Source: Wolbachia endosymbiont of Litomosoides sigmodontis (GTDB taxonomy: Bacteria > Pseudomonadota > Alphaproteobacteria > Rickettsiales > Anaplasmataceae). Taken from it: a stretch of 32,000 nucleotides of DNA. Positions within the stretch are counted from its first letter, which is position 1. Each line of letters begins with the position of its first letter. The position numbers were made by a program, and so were the translations under genes. The notes under the pieces were generated by a model. The model saw only the letters and a program-made list of their open reading frames with translations. It was not told where the DNA came from and made no database searches. Positions 1 through 10,381 of the stretch are shown here, one piece after another. The stretch is taken from assembly GCF_013365435.1 (NCBI RefSeq), contig NZ_CP046577.1, positions 780,001 through 812,000 on the forward strand. Direction: 5' to 3'.

Positions 1-28
1 AAAAAGGGATAGGTCTCTGTCCCTTTTT
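1..28. terminator. Hairpin AAAAAGGGATAG-GTCT-CTGTCCCTTTTT with A5/T5 flanks; resembles an intrinsic terminator and is usable on either strand
   Basis: Direct reading: positions 1-12 pair with 17-28 (12 bp including one T:G), with a 4-nt loop and a T-run at the 3' side. It lies at the window edge, so the gene it would terminate is not visible. Confidence 0.3.
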
Positions 29-129
29 CTTCTAAATATTTCCCGTATAACTGCGTGAGCGTTGTAATTTCAGAAATTTAAGCAGCTCAAAAATGCAAAA
101 AACCACTTGATAAGCTTTGCTATTTCTTT

Positions 130-346
130 ACCCATAATGGTAGAGCTATTTTATATAACTTCTTAATGTAAACTAAAATAACAAGAAGATCTTGTGTTTG
201 TATAGTGTGTTTAATTTTTTGTATTATGTGCACCGTATGTCTTTATAAAATTTCTAGGATTTTTACCTATATTAAGGTAAAATGCGCTTGTAAAGCGTTT
301 AAGTCTCACCAGATGTCAAGTTTTTTAAATTAAAGAGTTAATAATA
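130..346 (-). repeat. Flank repeat abutting the IS630 composite; reverse-complement homologue of 25027-25260
   Basis: By-eye alignment of the reverse complement of 130-346 with 25027-25260 gives matching blocks. Examples: ...AAAAACTTGACAT / AAAAATTTGACGT; ATAGGTAAAAATCCTAGAAATTTTATAAAGACATA / ATAGGCAAAAATCCAGAATTCTATAAAGACATA; ACACAAGATCTT; GTTATATAAAA[T/C]AGCTCT. Confidence 0.6.
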
Positions 347-766
347 TCAATTTACATTGTTACTAAATCAAGTTAAGTGATATTGCAGAATGAGAAAGAA
401 AGATATGAATTTACACAAAGTGCTTTCAAATGAAGCAATTGTATTATAGGCTTTATTATGTTAAAGTATTTTGTTTTATATACAACCAAAGTCTCTCACT
501 AGGGTTGAGCTTGGGTAAATGTGGTGGTAGGTATATAACCTTGATATTTTTAGATACTTCAATTTTCTGATTTATACCAACTAGCACAATTCATATAAGA
601 AAGTTTTCTTGGTTCTTAAATATTGTGATATTTACTTAAGAAATATATTCATACGATCAGTGTTGATATTCGGTACAAATAAACTAGAACTCTTTCTACT
701 TTTAGGATTAACTGCACCATAGAGACGAAAATTTTTCCCCTAATTTTACTTTAACCTGCATTCCAG
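347..766 (-). mobile_element. Inverted 3' fragment of an IS630-family element (arm of composite 1); transposase C-terminal pseudogene fragment
   Basis: Homologous to 5630-6075 (same orientation) and, as a reverse complement, to 1140-1545. Contains the decayed region coding for the '...LPKLNPIE...' IS630 motif. Outer end TCAATTTACATTGTTAC resembles the other copies' terminal sequence. Confidence 0.8.
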
Positions 767-1545
767 TACTAATTACCACTACATAAAGAACACGAATAAA
801 CAATAATGGAAAAGAAGCCATGCTGCAGTAAGTAAAATAGCTAGGTTTAAATGGTGTTGAAATCAAAACTATTGGATAAAAAAGTTATGGAACAAGCGAA
901 AGAAACGCTGAAGGAAGCGCGAAATATAGCGTTGACTATATGGGTAAAGCACCTAAAATTTGGAAGAGAAGAAAAATTATCTGCTCGCCTTCAAAGGCGT
1001 AGAAAAATTAAATTGAATTGGAGCTAATTAAAACAAGTTGAAGTATAAATGCAAGAAAACCCCAATTCTACTACTAATAGAGATGAGAATTAAGACATCC
1101 AAGAAAAATTTGGCTTAAATAATCAGCAAGTCTACAATACACACCGTGATATGCAAAAAATTAAATTTTTGTATATTACGCCAAAACTAATTCATAGTGA
1201 ATAAGGTAAAGATAGATAGAATATGAATATATCTTCTTGAGCAAATGTCACAATATTTAAGAACACAAGAAGATTTTCTTATATAGATCATGCCAGTTAG
1301 CATGAATCAGAAAATTGAAGAGTATCTAAAAATATCGAGGTTATATACCTACCACCACTTTACCCAAGCTCAACCTTAGTGAGGGACTTTAGTTGTATAT
1401 AAAACAGAACATTTTGCATAATAAAGTTTATAATACAATCGCTTCGTTTAAAAGCACTTTGTGTAAATTTACATCTTTCTTTCTCATTTCACAATTAAAC
1501 AATTTTGCAATGTCACTTATTTGATTCACTAACAATGAAAATTTG
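767..1545 (+). mobile_element. IS630-family element, internally deleted; transposase pseudogene (about 806-1532) with stops and frameshifts
   Basis: Left terminal sequence ACTAATTACCACTAC at about 768. ATG at 806 opens 'MEKKPCCSK*..', matching the N-terminus of the copy at 6680 (MGKRPC*SK*). The 3' part aligns with 5630-6000 in reverse complement. Stop at 1530-1532. About 300 bp shorter than the 5630-6722 copy. Confidence 0.8.
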
Positions 1546-2371
1546 TATAAGCTCTATTAATCATTTACTATTAAATTAAATAAGAGTCCTTATTGACTCT
1601 TTGTGGACTAATTACATGTATTTTAATGTTTTGGATTAAACCAATCAATTTCTATTATCGTTATTTACGAAATAAACGTTCAAATACTTAACTAGTTCTT
1701 TATTCTTTTTATATGATCTGGTATTTATGCGTTATGATTCCTTTCTAACACATGCTCAATTAAAAGCTCACAGCAATTTTCATATTGGACTTACTTTTAT
1801 TATATAAGCGAGCAGCACGGGGTCTAAAGCCGCTTTTTCATAACGGTCTTCACTTAGACCATCATTTGCCTCTGCTTTTAGAAAAATTGCCAATACATCT
1901 GCAGAATTAAATTAAGCACAGGCATATAGATATTTCTTCCATTTTGCAAGTTAATTCCTACTCCCTATTAAAGCCCTAGCCACATTTAGCACAAAGGAAA
2001 ATTTAAAGCACGTGCTAATGTAATCTATAACTGTGTCAAGCAAATTGCTTGATTTATAACTAAGTTCCGTTTCTATATTTAATTTAAAATTAATAAGATT
2101 TCTCTCCAGATGCTGTAAAATTTTTTTACTTCTGGTTCAAATTAATTGTTTTTCTCTTTTAACTTTACTCTCATTCTTTCTATTATTATTAGTTGCACTT
2201 AAATTGCGATCATTATTTATGCTATTTAATATTCTGCATAAATATAATAAAAATCTTATTTGTCATAGCTTACCTCACTATTAATACATCTTTTACAGTA
2301 TATTCTCTAAATAGTTTTGCAAGAGATCAGTTGTTAGATAACATAACTAAAGTTTTTATTTTATATTCATC

Positions 2372-3349
2372 ATGGTTATAGCTATACAAATAAAAAAAAC
2401 TGGAGGACCAGAAGTATTAGAGTTTATAGATAAGAACATATGTGAACCAAAAGGCGAGGAAGTTTTAATACGCCACACAGCTATAGGTTTAAATCGTTAT
2501 GATTTAGAGCATAGAAAAGGCATCCGCAAAATTAAAGATCTGCCATCAGTGCTTGGAGTGGAAGCAGTAGGAGTTATTGAAAAGCTTGGCAAAAAAATAA
2601 GTAATGATTTACAGATTGGAGATAGAGTTGGCTATTGTACAGCACCACCTGGAGCATACTGTGAAAAACGTGTCATACACCAGAAATACCTAATAAAAAT
2701 TCCAGATGAGATACATGATGAAGTTGCAGTTGCAGTGCTGTTTAAAGGCATGACGGCTCACTATTTAGTTAACCAATCTTATAAAATAAAACCTGGCGCT
2801 TTTGTGCTAGTTCACGGAGCTAATGGCGGTTTAGGACAGATAATATGCCAATGGGGAAAGGATAAAAAAGGTGTAATTATAGGCTCTGTAAGTTCTGATG
2901 AAAAAATGAAAATAGCTTTACAGAATGGCTGTACGCACGCAATAAATTATAATGATAAAAACTTTGTTTCTAAAATTATGGAAATTACTCAGAACAGAGG
3001 AGTAGGCGTAGTGTATGACCCGATAGGCTATGCTACAAGTAAGCTTTCTTTTGAATCTCTTAGTAAATTTGGCATATATGTTTCCTATGGACAAATATCA
3101 GGTAGAGCTCAGATTAGTTTTTCTTTACTTAGTTCACGTTCTTTATTTGCCACAGGAACTTCAATATATCATTACAAATGCAACAGATTCACATTAATGC
3201 TCACCGCAATGGAAATCTTTGAGATGATAAAGAAAAAACTTTTAACTGTAAAGATTAACAAAAAATATAAATTCGATGAAATGATGGAGGCTCATCGCGA
3301 TATGGAAAATAGAAAAGTAAGTGGGTTAAATATTATAAAAATTTCCTAA
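2372..3349 (+). CDS. qor: NADPH:quinone oxidoreductase (zeta-crystallin/Qor, MDR superfamily)
   Basis: 325-aa ORF. N-terminal 'KKTGGPEVLEF', 'GLNRYDLEHRKG', and the Rossmann 'VLVHGANGGLGQ' motif are typical of Qor-type medium-chain reductases without zinc ligands. Confidence 0.85.
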   Translation: MVIAIQIKKTGGPEVLEFIDKNICEPKGEEVLIRHTAIGLNRYDLEHRKGIRKIKDLPSVLGVEAVGVIEKLGKKISNDLQIGDRVGYCTAPPGAYCEKRVIHQKYLIKIPDEIHDEVAVAVLFKGMTAHYLVNQSYKIKPGAFVLVHGANGGLGQIICQWGKDKKGVIIGSVSSDEKMKIALQNGCTHAINYNDKNFVSKIMEITQNRGVGVVYDPIGYATSKLSFESLSKFGIYVSYGQISGRAQISFSLLSSRSLFATGTSIYHYKCNRFTLMLTAMEIFEMIKKKLLTVKINKKYKFDEMMEAHRDMENRKVSGLNIIKIS

Positions 3350-3524
3350 AGTAAATTAAACTTTATAACTAACGTAGGCTAAACTTCCCTGCTATGTCAC
3401 CATGCTACCTAAGCTGTAAATATTAAAAAGCTTAATTAATGCGTTAGATAATTTCTTTATAGCTTTATTTCTATCATTCTATAGCTTGACTTGCAACTGT
3501 ATAAACATAGCAAAATCGTCTATT

Positions 3525-5441
3525 TCAACAGTAGGCAATATTACTCTCAATCACCTCAATATTTTCCCTTGGCAGCTCTTTAATAAACCTCGAAGCATAC
3601 ATTATTTGCCACTGATTATTCATTTCTCTCCTGTTTACACATGAAATGGTTAACTTTTCCTTTGCTCTAGTTATTCCAACATATGCAAGTCTCCTTTCTT
3701 CTTCTAAGGCTTTGCCACTTTTATCTTCATAAGATCTTTGATGAGGAAATAAACCTTCTTCCCAACCTGGTAAGAACACACATGGAAATTCAAGCCCTTT
3801 AGCTGCGTGAAGGGTCATGATATGTACGGTATTTTCGTTATTCATATTATCCACTTCCATAACTAAGCTTACATGCTCCAAGAAAGTTGTAGCATTATCG
3901 AAATTTTTTAATGATGAAATAAGTTCTTTGACATTTTCTATTCGCGCTGATCCTGTTACTTCTTCATTTTCAAGCATTTCAATATATCCTGATTGGTTTA
4001 CTATTATTTCAACAAATTTGTATAGTGGTTTTACATTTATCATTTCTTTCCAGGCTTTAATTCTATTTAAAAAATCATTCAGTGATAGTTTAACTTTCTC
4101 AGTTACCTGATTACTATCAACTAATATTTTTGCCGTTTCAAAGAAAGAAGTTTTGTTATCTTGAGCGAAAGTGTATATCTTTTTTAAGGTGGTAGGCCCT
4201 ATACTTCTCTTTGGCCGATTTACTATCCTTTCAAAAGCTAAATCATCATTACTATTTGTAACAAGTCTTAAATATGCAATTACATCCCTAACTTCCTGAC
4301 GTTCATAGAATTTTACACTACTTATAATCTTGTAGGGAATCAAATTTTTTATAAAAAATTCTTCTAGAACTCTAGTTTGAAAAGTAGCCCTAACCAGCAC
4401 TGCCATGTCACTGAATCTATATTTATTGAGCTTTAATATCTGTTCGCTTATGAATCTTGCTTCAGCCTTCCCATCCCATAATTTTATTAGATTTACCTTT
4501 TCCCCTTTGATATTTGTTGTCCACAATTTTTTTTCTAAGCGAGCTTTATTGTGATTGATAACGTATGACGCAGTTGCAAGTATATGAGATGTTGACCTAT
4601 AATTACATTCTAGTTTGACAGTTTTTGCATTTTTAAAATCGTCAGAAAATTTCAAAATGTTTTCAACCTCTGCACCACGCCAGCTATATATCGATTGGTC
4701 ATCATCCCCCACACAACAAATATTTGAGTGCTCTTTTGCAAGGTACTTTAGCCAAAGATACTGTATTACATTTGTATCTTGGTACTCATCTACCATAATA
4801 TACTTAAATTTGCCCTGATAATAGGACAAAGTTTCAGTTTTTTGATTGAAGAGCTGTATATTATACAGTAGTAAATCACCAAAGTCAACTGAGTTAAGAA
4901 ATCTCAACCTCTCCTGATATTGATAATAAACTTTTAATGCAGTTACGTATATTGGCCTAAATAATTGAGTTTCTTCCACTTCAAACGGCAGCAAGCACTT
5001 TTCTTTCCATTTTTGAATGGTGTTCATAATGGTACTATGTTTTTCTAATAAATTGCTGGGACTTACTTCATTAATAATATTTTTTATTACCTGTAGCTGG
5101 TCATCCATGCCAATAATTGTAAAATTGGAATTTAAACCTACAACTTCAGCATGACAACGTAAAATTTTTGCTGCAATTGCATGAAAAGTACCAAGCCATG
5201 GTATATTTGTGCCCGTAAATTCAAGTACTCTCGACATCATTTCACTTGCTGCTTTATTTGTGAATGTGACTGCCAATATCTCATCAGAATGAGCATAGCC
5301 ATTTCGAATTATATGTGCTATTCTTGAAGTAATCGTTCTTGTCTTTCCCGTCCCAGCCCCAGCCAGTATCAAAACCGGCCCATCTACGTTGATTACAGCC
5401 GATTGTTGTTCCGAATTTAGCAGCGAGAGATAATCGTTCAT
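3525..5441 (-). CDS. uvrD: ATP-dependent DNA helicase, UvrD/PcrA/Rep family (SF1)
   Basis: SF1 motifs: 'LAGAGTGKT' (Walker A), 'VTFTNKAA', 'MVDEYQDTN', 'VGDDDQSIYSWRGA', 'CNYRS', 'TLHAAKGLEF', 'YVGITRAK'. The ORF extends to 5510. The ATG at 5441 (MNDYLSLLNSEQQ...) fits the family N-terminus better. Confidence 0.9.
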   Translation of the reverse strand: MNDYLSLLNSEQQSAVINVDGPVLILAGAGTGKTRTITSRIAHIIRNGYAHSDEILAVTFTNKAASEMMSRVLEFTGTNIPWLGTFHAIAAKILRCHAEVVGLNSNFTIIGMDDQLQVIKNIINEVSPSNLLEKHSTIMNTIQKWKEKCLLPFEVEETQLFRPIYVTALKVYYQYQERLRFLNSVDFGDLLLYNIQLFNQKTETLSYYQGKFKYIMVDEYQDTNVIQYLWLKYLAKEHSNICCVGDDDQSIYSWRGAEVENILKFSDDFKNAKTVKLECNYRSTSHILATASYVINHNKARLEKKLWTTNIKGEKVNLIKLWDGKAEARFISEQILKLNKYRFSDMAVLVRATFQTRVLEEFFIKNLIPYKIISSVKFYERQEVRDVIAYLRLVTNSNDDLAFERIVNRPKRSIGPTTLKKIYTFAQDNKTSFFETAKILVDSNQVTEKVKLSLNDFLNRIKAWKEMINVKPLYKFVEIIVNQSGYIEMLENEEVTGSARIENVKELISSLKNFDNATTFLEHVSLVMEVDNMNNENTVHIMTLHAAKGLEFPCVFLPGWEEGLFPHQRSYEDKSGKALEEERRLAYVGITRAKEKLTISCVNRREMNNQWQIMYASRFIKELPRENIEVIESNIAYC

Positions 5442-5629
5442 TGCAGCTCTACCAGATATAGTTACATAAGTTAACCCAATTGTTACACTATGTAAAGTTT
5501 CTGTTCTCAATGCAATTAACGATGAGATAAATCCCCAAATATACCAGGCAAAATTTTTTGCAGATCACCTGATACCAAAATATCATCATTTTATATAAAG
5601 CAAAAAAACTAATTCTATCACTAAATATA

Positions 5630-6722
5630 CTAATTCTCATTGTTAATAAGTCAAATAAATAACATTACAGAGGTGTTTAATTGCTGACTGAGAGAGAGGT
5701 AATAAGTTTGTGCGCAAAACGCTCTTAAGCAAAGCAATTGTATTATAGGTTTTATTGTGCAAAGTGTCCTGTTTTATATGCAACCAAAGTCTCTCAATAG
5801 GATTGAGCTTAGGTAAATATGGTAGTAGGTATATAATCTCAATATTTTTAGGTACATTATAAATTTTCTGATTTATGCCAACTAGCACAATCTATATAAG
5901 ATTTAAGCAAGGCTTCTTGTGTTCTCAAATATTGGCATCTATTCAAGAAATATATTCATACAACCAGTGTTGACACTCAGTATAAATAAGCTAGAACTCT
6001 CTTAATTCAGTATTAGCTGCTCTTTCAGAGATAAAAATTTTGTTTATCTGGTTTTACTTTAACTTGTGCTTTAACGCCTTTTCAAAACACTAATGTCCAA
6101 CTTTCAGATGTGTGTCAAACTCGATTCATCAAAGATGAATAACTCTTGATTTAGGATACTTGCCAATAAGCTTACTAACTTTTTCAAAACTTTTCTTTAA
6201 TCTATCTTTACCTTGTTCATTATGAATTGTTCTTGGTGCAATATATGAAAATTTCATTTTTTGCATATCACGGTGTACTGAAAACTTGCTGACATTTAAG
6301 CCAAACTTTTCCTAAATGTCTTATTCTCATCTCTATTAGTAGTAAAATAGGGGTTTTCTTGCATTTATACTTCAACTTGTTTTAATTAGCCCAAGATTCA
6401 ATTTAGTTTTTTACAACGTTAAAGGCAAGCAGACAATTTTTCTTCTCTTCCAAATTTTAGATACTATACCCATATAGTCAACGCTATTCTTGCTACGGCC
6501 GTTATTATATTGTGCTTTTTTTGTTGCAATCACAGCATCTAGTTTTTTTGCACATATGTGTTATTTCATACTTCCTTCAGCGTTTCTTTCGCTTATTTCA
6601 CATTTTCCATCCAATAGTTTGGATTTCAGGCACCATTTAACTTAGCTATTTTACTTACTTCAGCATGGCCTCTTTCCCATTGTTGTTTATCCGTGTTCCT
6701 TGGCAGTAGTAATTAGTGCTAG
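5630..6722 (-). mobile_element. Full-length but degraded IS630-family insertion sequence (about 1.09 kb); transposase pseudogene 5643-6680
   Basis: Surviving ORF 5643-5888 encodes '...IIYLLPYLPKLNPIERLWLHIK...', the canonical IS630/Tc1 'LPPYSPELNPIE' region. Upstream frames give 'VIHL.DESSLTH' (first DDE Asp region) and the N-terminus 'MGKRPC*SK*..'. Multiple stops and frameshifts are present. Terminal inverted sequences are ACTAATTCTCATTG (5629-) versus CACTAATTACTACTG (reverse complement of about 6708-6722). Confidence 0.85.
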
Positions 6723-7131
6723 AATGCGGGTTAAAATAAAATTAGGTAGACGAAATTTTCGTCCCTATAGTGGGGGGTATAGTTAACCCTAAAAATAGAG
6801 AGAATTCTAGCTTATTTGTGCCGAATATCAATACTGATCGTATGAATATATTTCTTGAATAAATGTCACAATATTTAAGAATACAAGAAGCCTTGCTTAA
6901 ATCTTATACAGATTGTACTAATTGACATAAATCAGAATTTACCCAAGCTCAACCTTATCGAGAAATTTTGGTTGCATATAGAACAGAATATTTTATGTAA
7001 TCTAAAGTCTGTAATATAATTGTTTTACTTATAAAGTGCTTTTGCACAAGCTTATTACCTCTCTTTTCTCACTCAACAATTAAATGACATTGCAATGTCA
7101 CTTAATTTAACCCACTAACAATGAGGACTGG
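6723..7131 (+). mobile_element. Inverted 3' fragment (about 410 bp) of a second IS630 copy, abutting the left end of the 5630-6722 copy (composite 2)
   Basis: The reverse complement of 5630-6075 aligns with 6723-7131. I estimate roughly 80% identity by eye, with a ~48-bp deletion after CATAAATCAGAA. The fragment ends with ...CAATGTCACTTAATTTAACCCACTAACAATGAGGACTGG. Confidence 0.8.
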
Positions 7132-7572
7132 TATGAATTTACTATAATCCTCTTACATTAAAAGGCAAAAGAAACTCCGTGGTAGCTGCATTCAGCTTAG
7201 AATATTAGAATTTTTTATTCTTGCTTTTAGATTGTAATTGAGAATGTCAATAAATTTAACAATCAAAAAAAGGACAAAAACCCTAAGTAGCAAGTTTTTA
7301 CCTATAATAATTTAAATTGACGCTGTAATAATGTGTTGACGCTTAGTTTAAGCGCGACTTAGTTAAATGTAGAAAAATTAAAAAGATATGGCACTGCAAT
7401 AGTTCGGTATAACCTGACAATAAATATTTGAAGTTTTTTACTAAATTTTGTCATTGAATTTGTAAATCAAAAACAAGTTGGCTTAAAAATATCCTTAATG
7501 TTACAATAATGAGGTTGTGAAACTTGTAAAAATGTTACTATATGCCCAACAAGCTGTTATGTAAGAAGTTTA

Positions 7573-7602
7573 TTGACTTTACAACAATAGTTACTTTAAA
7601 TT
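7573..7602 (+). promoter_or_regulatory. Putative sigma70-type promoter of the nuoJ cluster: TTGACT(7573-7578)-17 nt-TTAAAT(7596-7601)
   Basis: Perfect -35 hexamer, 17-nt spacer and an A/T-rich -10 (4/6 to TATAAT), 30 nt upstream of the nuoJ ATG. The same TTGACTTTAC-N12-TTTAAATT module occurs at 30186-30215. Confidence 0.35.
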
Positions 7603-7630
7603 AGTAACCATTATTGTAGTTAAAATATTA

Positions 7631-8218
7631 ATGCCCTTTTTCTTTTATTTTTTTTCAATTCTGAGCATTCTATCTGCTGTTTGTGTAATTAGCATGAAGA
7701 ATCCTGTGCATGCCGTATTATTTTTAATTCTTACCTTCGTTAGCTCTACAGTGCTTTTTATCCTCCTTGGAGCTGAATTTATTGCTATGATGATATTGAT
7801 AGTATATACCGGTGCAATTGCAGTACTATTCCTCTTTGTGGTTATGATGCTTGATATTGACTACATAAGACTACACCAGAGTTTTGCAAAGCATTTCATT
7901 TTTAGTGCTATATTATGTGTTGTATTTTTTCTGATTATCAGCTTTGTCATTCGCAGCTCAGCGCTAAATATAAGCAATATTATAAATTATAATACCAATA
8001 ATGTGAAAGCTATTGGTAACTTATTGTATACTGACTATATGTATGCTTTCCATCTTTCTGGTATTTTGCTGCTCATTGCAATTGTCGGTACAATTGCTCT
8101 CACTTTACAGAACAAGAAGAAGGCAATTAAAAGACAGAATGTATTCAAGCAGTTGACACAGTCTTCGTCTGTAAAGCTGATTAAGGCTAAATTTAGAAAA
8201 GGAGTAGAATGGAAATAG
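7631..8218 (+). CDS. nuoJ: NADH-quinone oxidoreductase subunit J
   Basis: 195-aa polytopic membrane ORF ('[13 protein letters not shown]', '[27 protein letters not shown]') at the head of a J-K-L-M-N order. Confidence 0.9.
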   Translation: MPFFFYFFSILSILSAVCVISMKNPVHAVLFLILTFVSSTVLFILLGAEFIAMMILIVYTGAIAVLFLFVVMMLDIDYIRLHQSFAKHFIFSAILCVVFFLIISFVIRSSALNISNIINYNTNNVKAIGNLLYTDYMYAFHLSGILLLIAIVGTIALTLQNKKKAIKRQNVFKQLTQSSSVKLIKAKFRKGVEWK

Positions 8219-8517
8219 GATTAAATCATTTCTTAGTAGTTGCTGCTATCTTATTCACTATTGGAGTGAGCGGTATTTTTATCAACCGTAAGAGCATAAT
8301 TAATATACTGTTATCAGTGGAAATATTACTTTTAGCAGTTAATATCAACTTAGTTGCTTTTTCTGCCTTTATACATGATATAGTTGGGCAAATTTTTGTC
8401 ATGTTTGTATTGACTGCCTCCGCAGCAGAATCTGGTATAGGGCTTGCGATACTGGTTGTGTATTATAGGAGCCATGGCAACATAGATGTTGAACAAGCGA
8501 GTTTAATGAAGGAATGA
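8209..8517 (+). CDS. nuoK: NADH-quinone oxidoreductase subunit K
   Basis: 102-aa ORF with three TM segments. '[19 protein letters not shown]' and '[12 protein letters not shown]' are NuoK hallmarks. Overlaps nuoJ by 10 nt. Confidence 0.9.
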   Translation: MEIGLNHFLVVAAILFTIGVSGIFINRKSIINILLSVEILLLAVNINLVAFSAFIHDIVGQIFVMFVLTASAAESGIGLAILVVYYRSHGNIDVEQASLMKE

Positions 8518-8521
8518 AGGT

Positions 8522-10378
8522 ATGACAGGTATACTAAAATTAATAGTATTTTTGCCGCTTTTTTGTTCATTATTTGCAGCCTTCTTTAGAAGGAGTATTT
8601 TTAGCCAGTTAATTACAATTGCAGGAGTTGGAATATCCGCAGCTTTATCTTGGTACATTTTCCTCAACTTCTCCGAAAATCATCATATTGTTTTATTTCC
8701 TCTACTTTCGTTGAGCGTCCTAAAAGTAGATTGGACAATTAGTGTTGATGCTCTTTCATCTTTGATGCTAATTGTAATTACCACCGTTTCGTTGGTAGTT
8801 CATTTCTATTCTGTTGGTTATATGAAGCATGATAAAGGAAAATCTAGGTTCTTTTCTTACTTGTCACTATTTACGTTTTGCATGATTGTACTGGTTGTAA
8901 GCGATAATTTCGTGCAACTTTTCTTCGGCTGGGAAGGAGTTGGCTTGTGCTCTTATTTACTCATAGGGTTTTGGTTTCAAAAATATTCTGCAAATAATGC
9001 AGCAGTCAAAGCATTTATTGTAAATAGGGTAGGAGATTTTGCGCTATTAATTGGAATTTTTCTCACTTATTACACGTTTCATTCTTTGAATTTTACTGAA
9101 ATTTTTAATACAGCTGATTTTTTTGGTGCGCAGAGCATCAGGACATTCTGCTGTGAGTTTAAAGTAATTCACATAATGTGTATATTACTTTTTATTGGCT
9201 GTATGGGTAAATCTGCTCAGCTTGGCTTACATATTTGGCTACCAGATGCGATGGAAGGGCCAACTCCCGTGTCTGCCCTTATTCATGCAGCAACGATGGT
9301 GACAGCTGGTATATTTTTAGTAGCAAAATGTTCTCCATTGTTTGAGCTATCAAATATAGCACAAAAATTGATAATTATTATTGGTGCGCTCACTGCTTTT
9401 TTTGCAGCTACCGTTGCAATTACGCAAAATGATATAAAGAAAATAATTGCTTATTCAACTTGCAGTCAACTTGGTTATATGTTTATGGCTTGTGGCCTTT
9501 CTGCTTACAATGCAGCTATTTTTCATTTAACGACGCACGCCTTTTTCAAGGCTTTATTATTTCTCGGTGTAGGCAATGTAATTCACGCAATGCAGCATGA
9601 GCAAAACATTCAGCAAATGGTAAATTGTTGGAAGAAAATCCCTTGCACTTATGTTCTTATATGGATTGCATCTCTTGCACTTTCTGGAATATTTCCCTTT
9701 GCAGGTTCTTACTCAAAGGATTTAATAATTGAACATGCTTATAGTATGGATAATTTTGCTTTTATAGTAAGCTTAATTGTTGCGTTCTTTACAGCGTTTT
9801 ACTCTTGGAGGTTGCTACTTCTTGTATTTCATAGTCAAAGACAAGGTGAAATCAATATACATGAAGTACCAAAGATTATGCTTATACCGCTACTAATACT
9901 TGCTTTTGGATCGATATTTTCTGGAATGTGGGGAACAAATATTTTGAACATAACTAGTAGTACATTCTGGAAGTCGAGTTTAGTAGTTATTGGTGAGTAT
10001 AAAGTTCATAGTTTCTTTATAAAATTATTACCTACCTTAATAAGCTTAAGTGGAGTAGCACTTGCGTATTTGATTTACTATTATCAAATAATTAAACAAA
10101 TTAAGGGTAAATTTTTACTTAAATTTTTACAGAATAAATGGTATTTTGATGAAGTATACGGACTTACCATAATTGCACCTGTGAAGTTTATATCTAGGCT
10201 TCTATGGAAGTTTGATGTTAAGATTATTGATTCATTTGGACCAAATGGTATCGTAAAGTTAATTGATGAATGTTCAAAAAGTTCTACAAAGTTACAAACC
10301 GGCTATATATTTGATTATGCACTTATTATGTTTGTTACTTTAGTAATCGGTGCCTTGTATATTATTGGAATTAAATAA
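8522..10378 (+). CDS. nuoL: NADH-quinone oxidoreductase subunit L
   Basis: 618-aa ORF with antiporter-like subunit motifs: 'FFGWEGVGLCSYLLIGFW', 'KSAQLGLHIWLPDAMEGPTPVSALIHAATMVTAG'. Confidence 0.92.
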   Translation: MTGILKLIVFLPLFCSLFAAFFRRSIFSQLITIAGVGISAALSWYIFLNFSENHHIVLFPLLSLSVLKVDWTISVDALSSLMLIVITTVSLVVHFYSVGYMKHDKGKSRFFSYLSLFTFCMIVLVVSDNFVQLFFGWEGVGLCSYLLIGFWFQKYSANNAAVKAFIVNRVGDFALLIGIFLTYYTFHSLNFTEIFNTADFFGAQSIRTFCCEFKVIHIMCILLFIGCMGKSAQLGLHIWLPDAMEGPTPVSALIHAATMVTAGIFLVAKCSPLFELSNIAQKLIIIIGALTAFFAATVAITQNDIKKIIAYSTCSQLGYMFMACGLSAYNAAIFHLTTHAFFKALLFLGVGNVIHAMQHEQNIQQMVNCWKKIPCTYVLIWIASLALSGIFPFAGSYSKDLIIEHAYSMDNFAFIVSLIVAFFTAFYSWRLLLLVFHSQRQGEINIHEVPKIMLIPLLILAFGSIFSGMWGTNILNITSSTFWKSSLVVIGEYKVHSFFIKLLPTLISLSGVALAYLIYYYQIIKQIKGKFLLKFLQNKWYFDEVYGLTIIAPVKFISRLLWKFDVKIIDSFGPNGIVKLIDECSKSSTKLQTGYIFDYALIMFVTLVIGALYIIGIK

Positions 10379-10381
10379 AAG

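Noticed and set aside
1-28. Window-start hairpin as a decayed duplicate of the tRNA-Gly 3' end (the flank homology leads towards it)
   Set aside because: Only about 10 of 15 positions match AGGGACTCGAACCCT. There is no T-loop and no acceptor complement. It is kept only as a terminator-like hairpin.
2193-2381. 62-aa ORF just upstream of and overlapping the qor start
   Set aside because: No motif and an Ile/Leu/Phe-rich AT-driven composition. It overlaps the qor start and most likely covers the qor promoter region.
3817-4818. ORFs 3817-4110 and 4615-4818 on the + strand
   Set aside because: Shadow ORFs inside uvrD with no recognisable motifs.
7318-7365. Direct repeats TTGACGCT...TTGACGCT and CTTAGTT(T)AA x2 upstream of nuoJ, as an operator or second promoter
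   Set aside because: There are only two short copies, no convincing -10 at the proper spacing, and partial similarity to the IS-flank repeat. This is more likely repeat debris.
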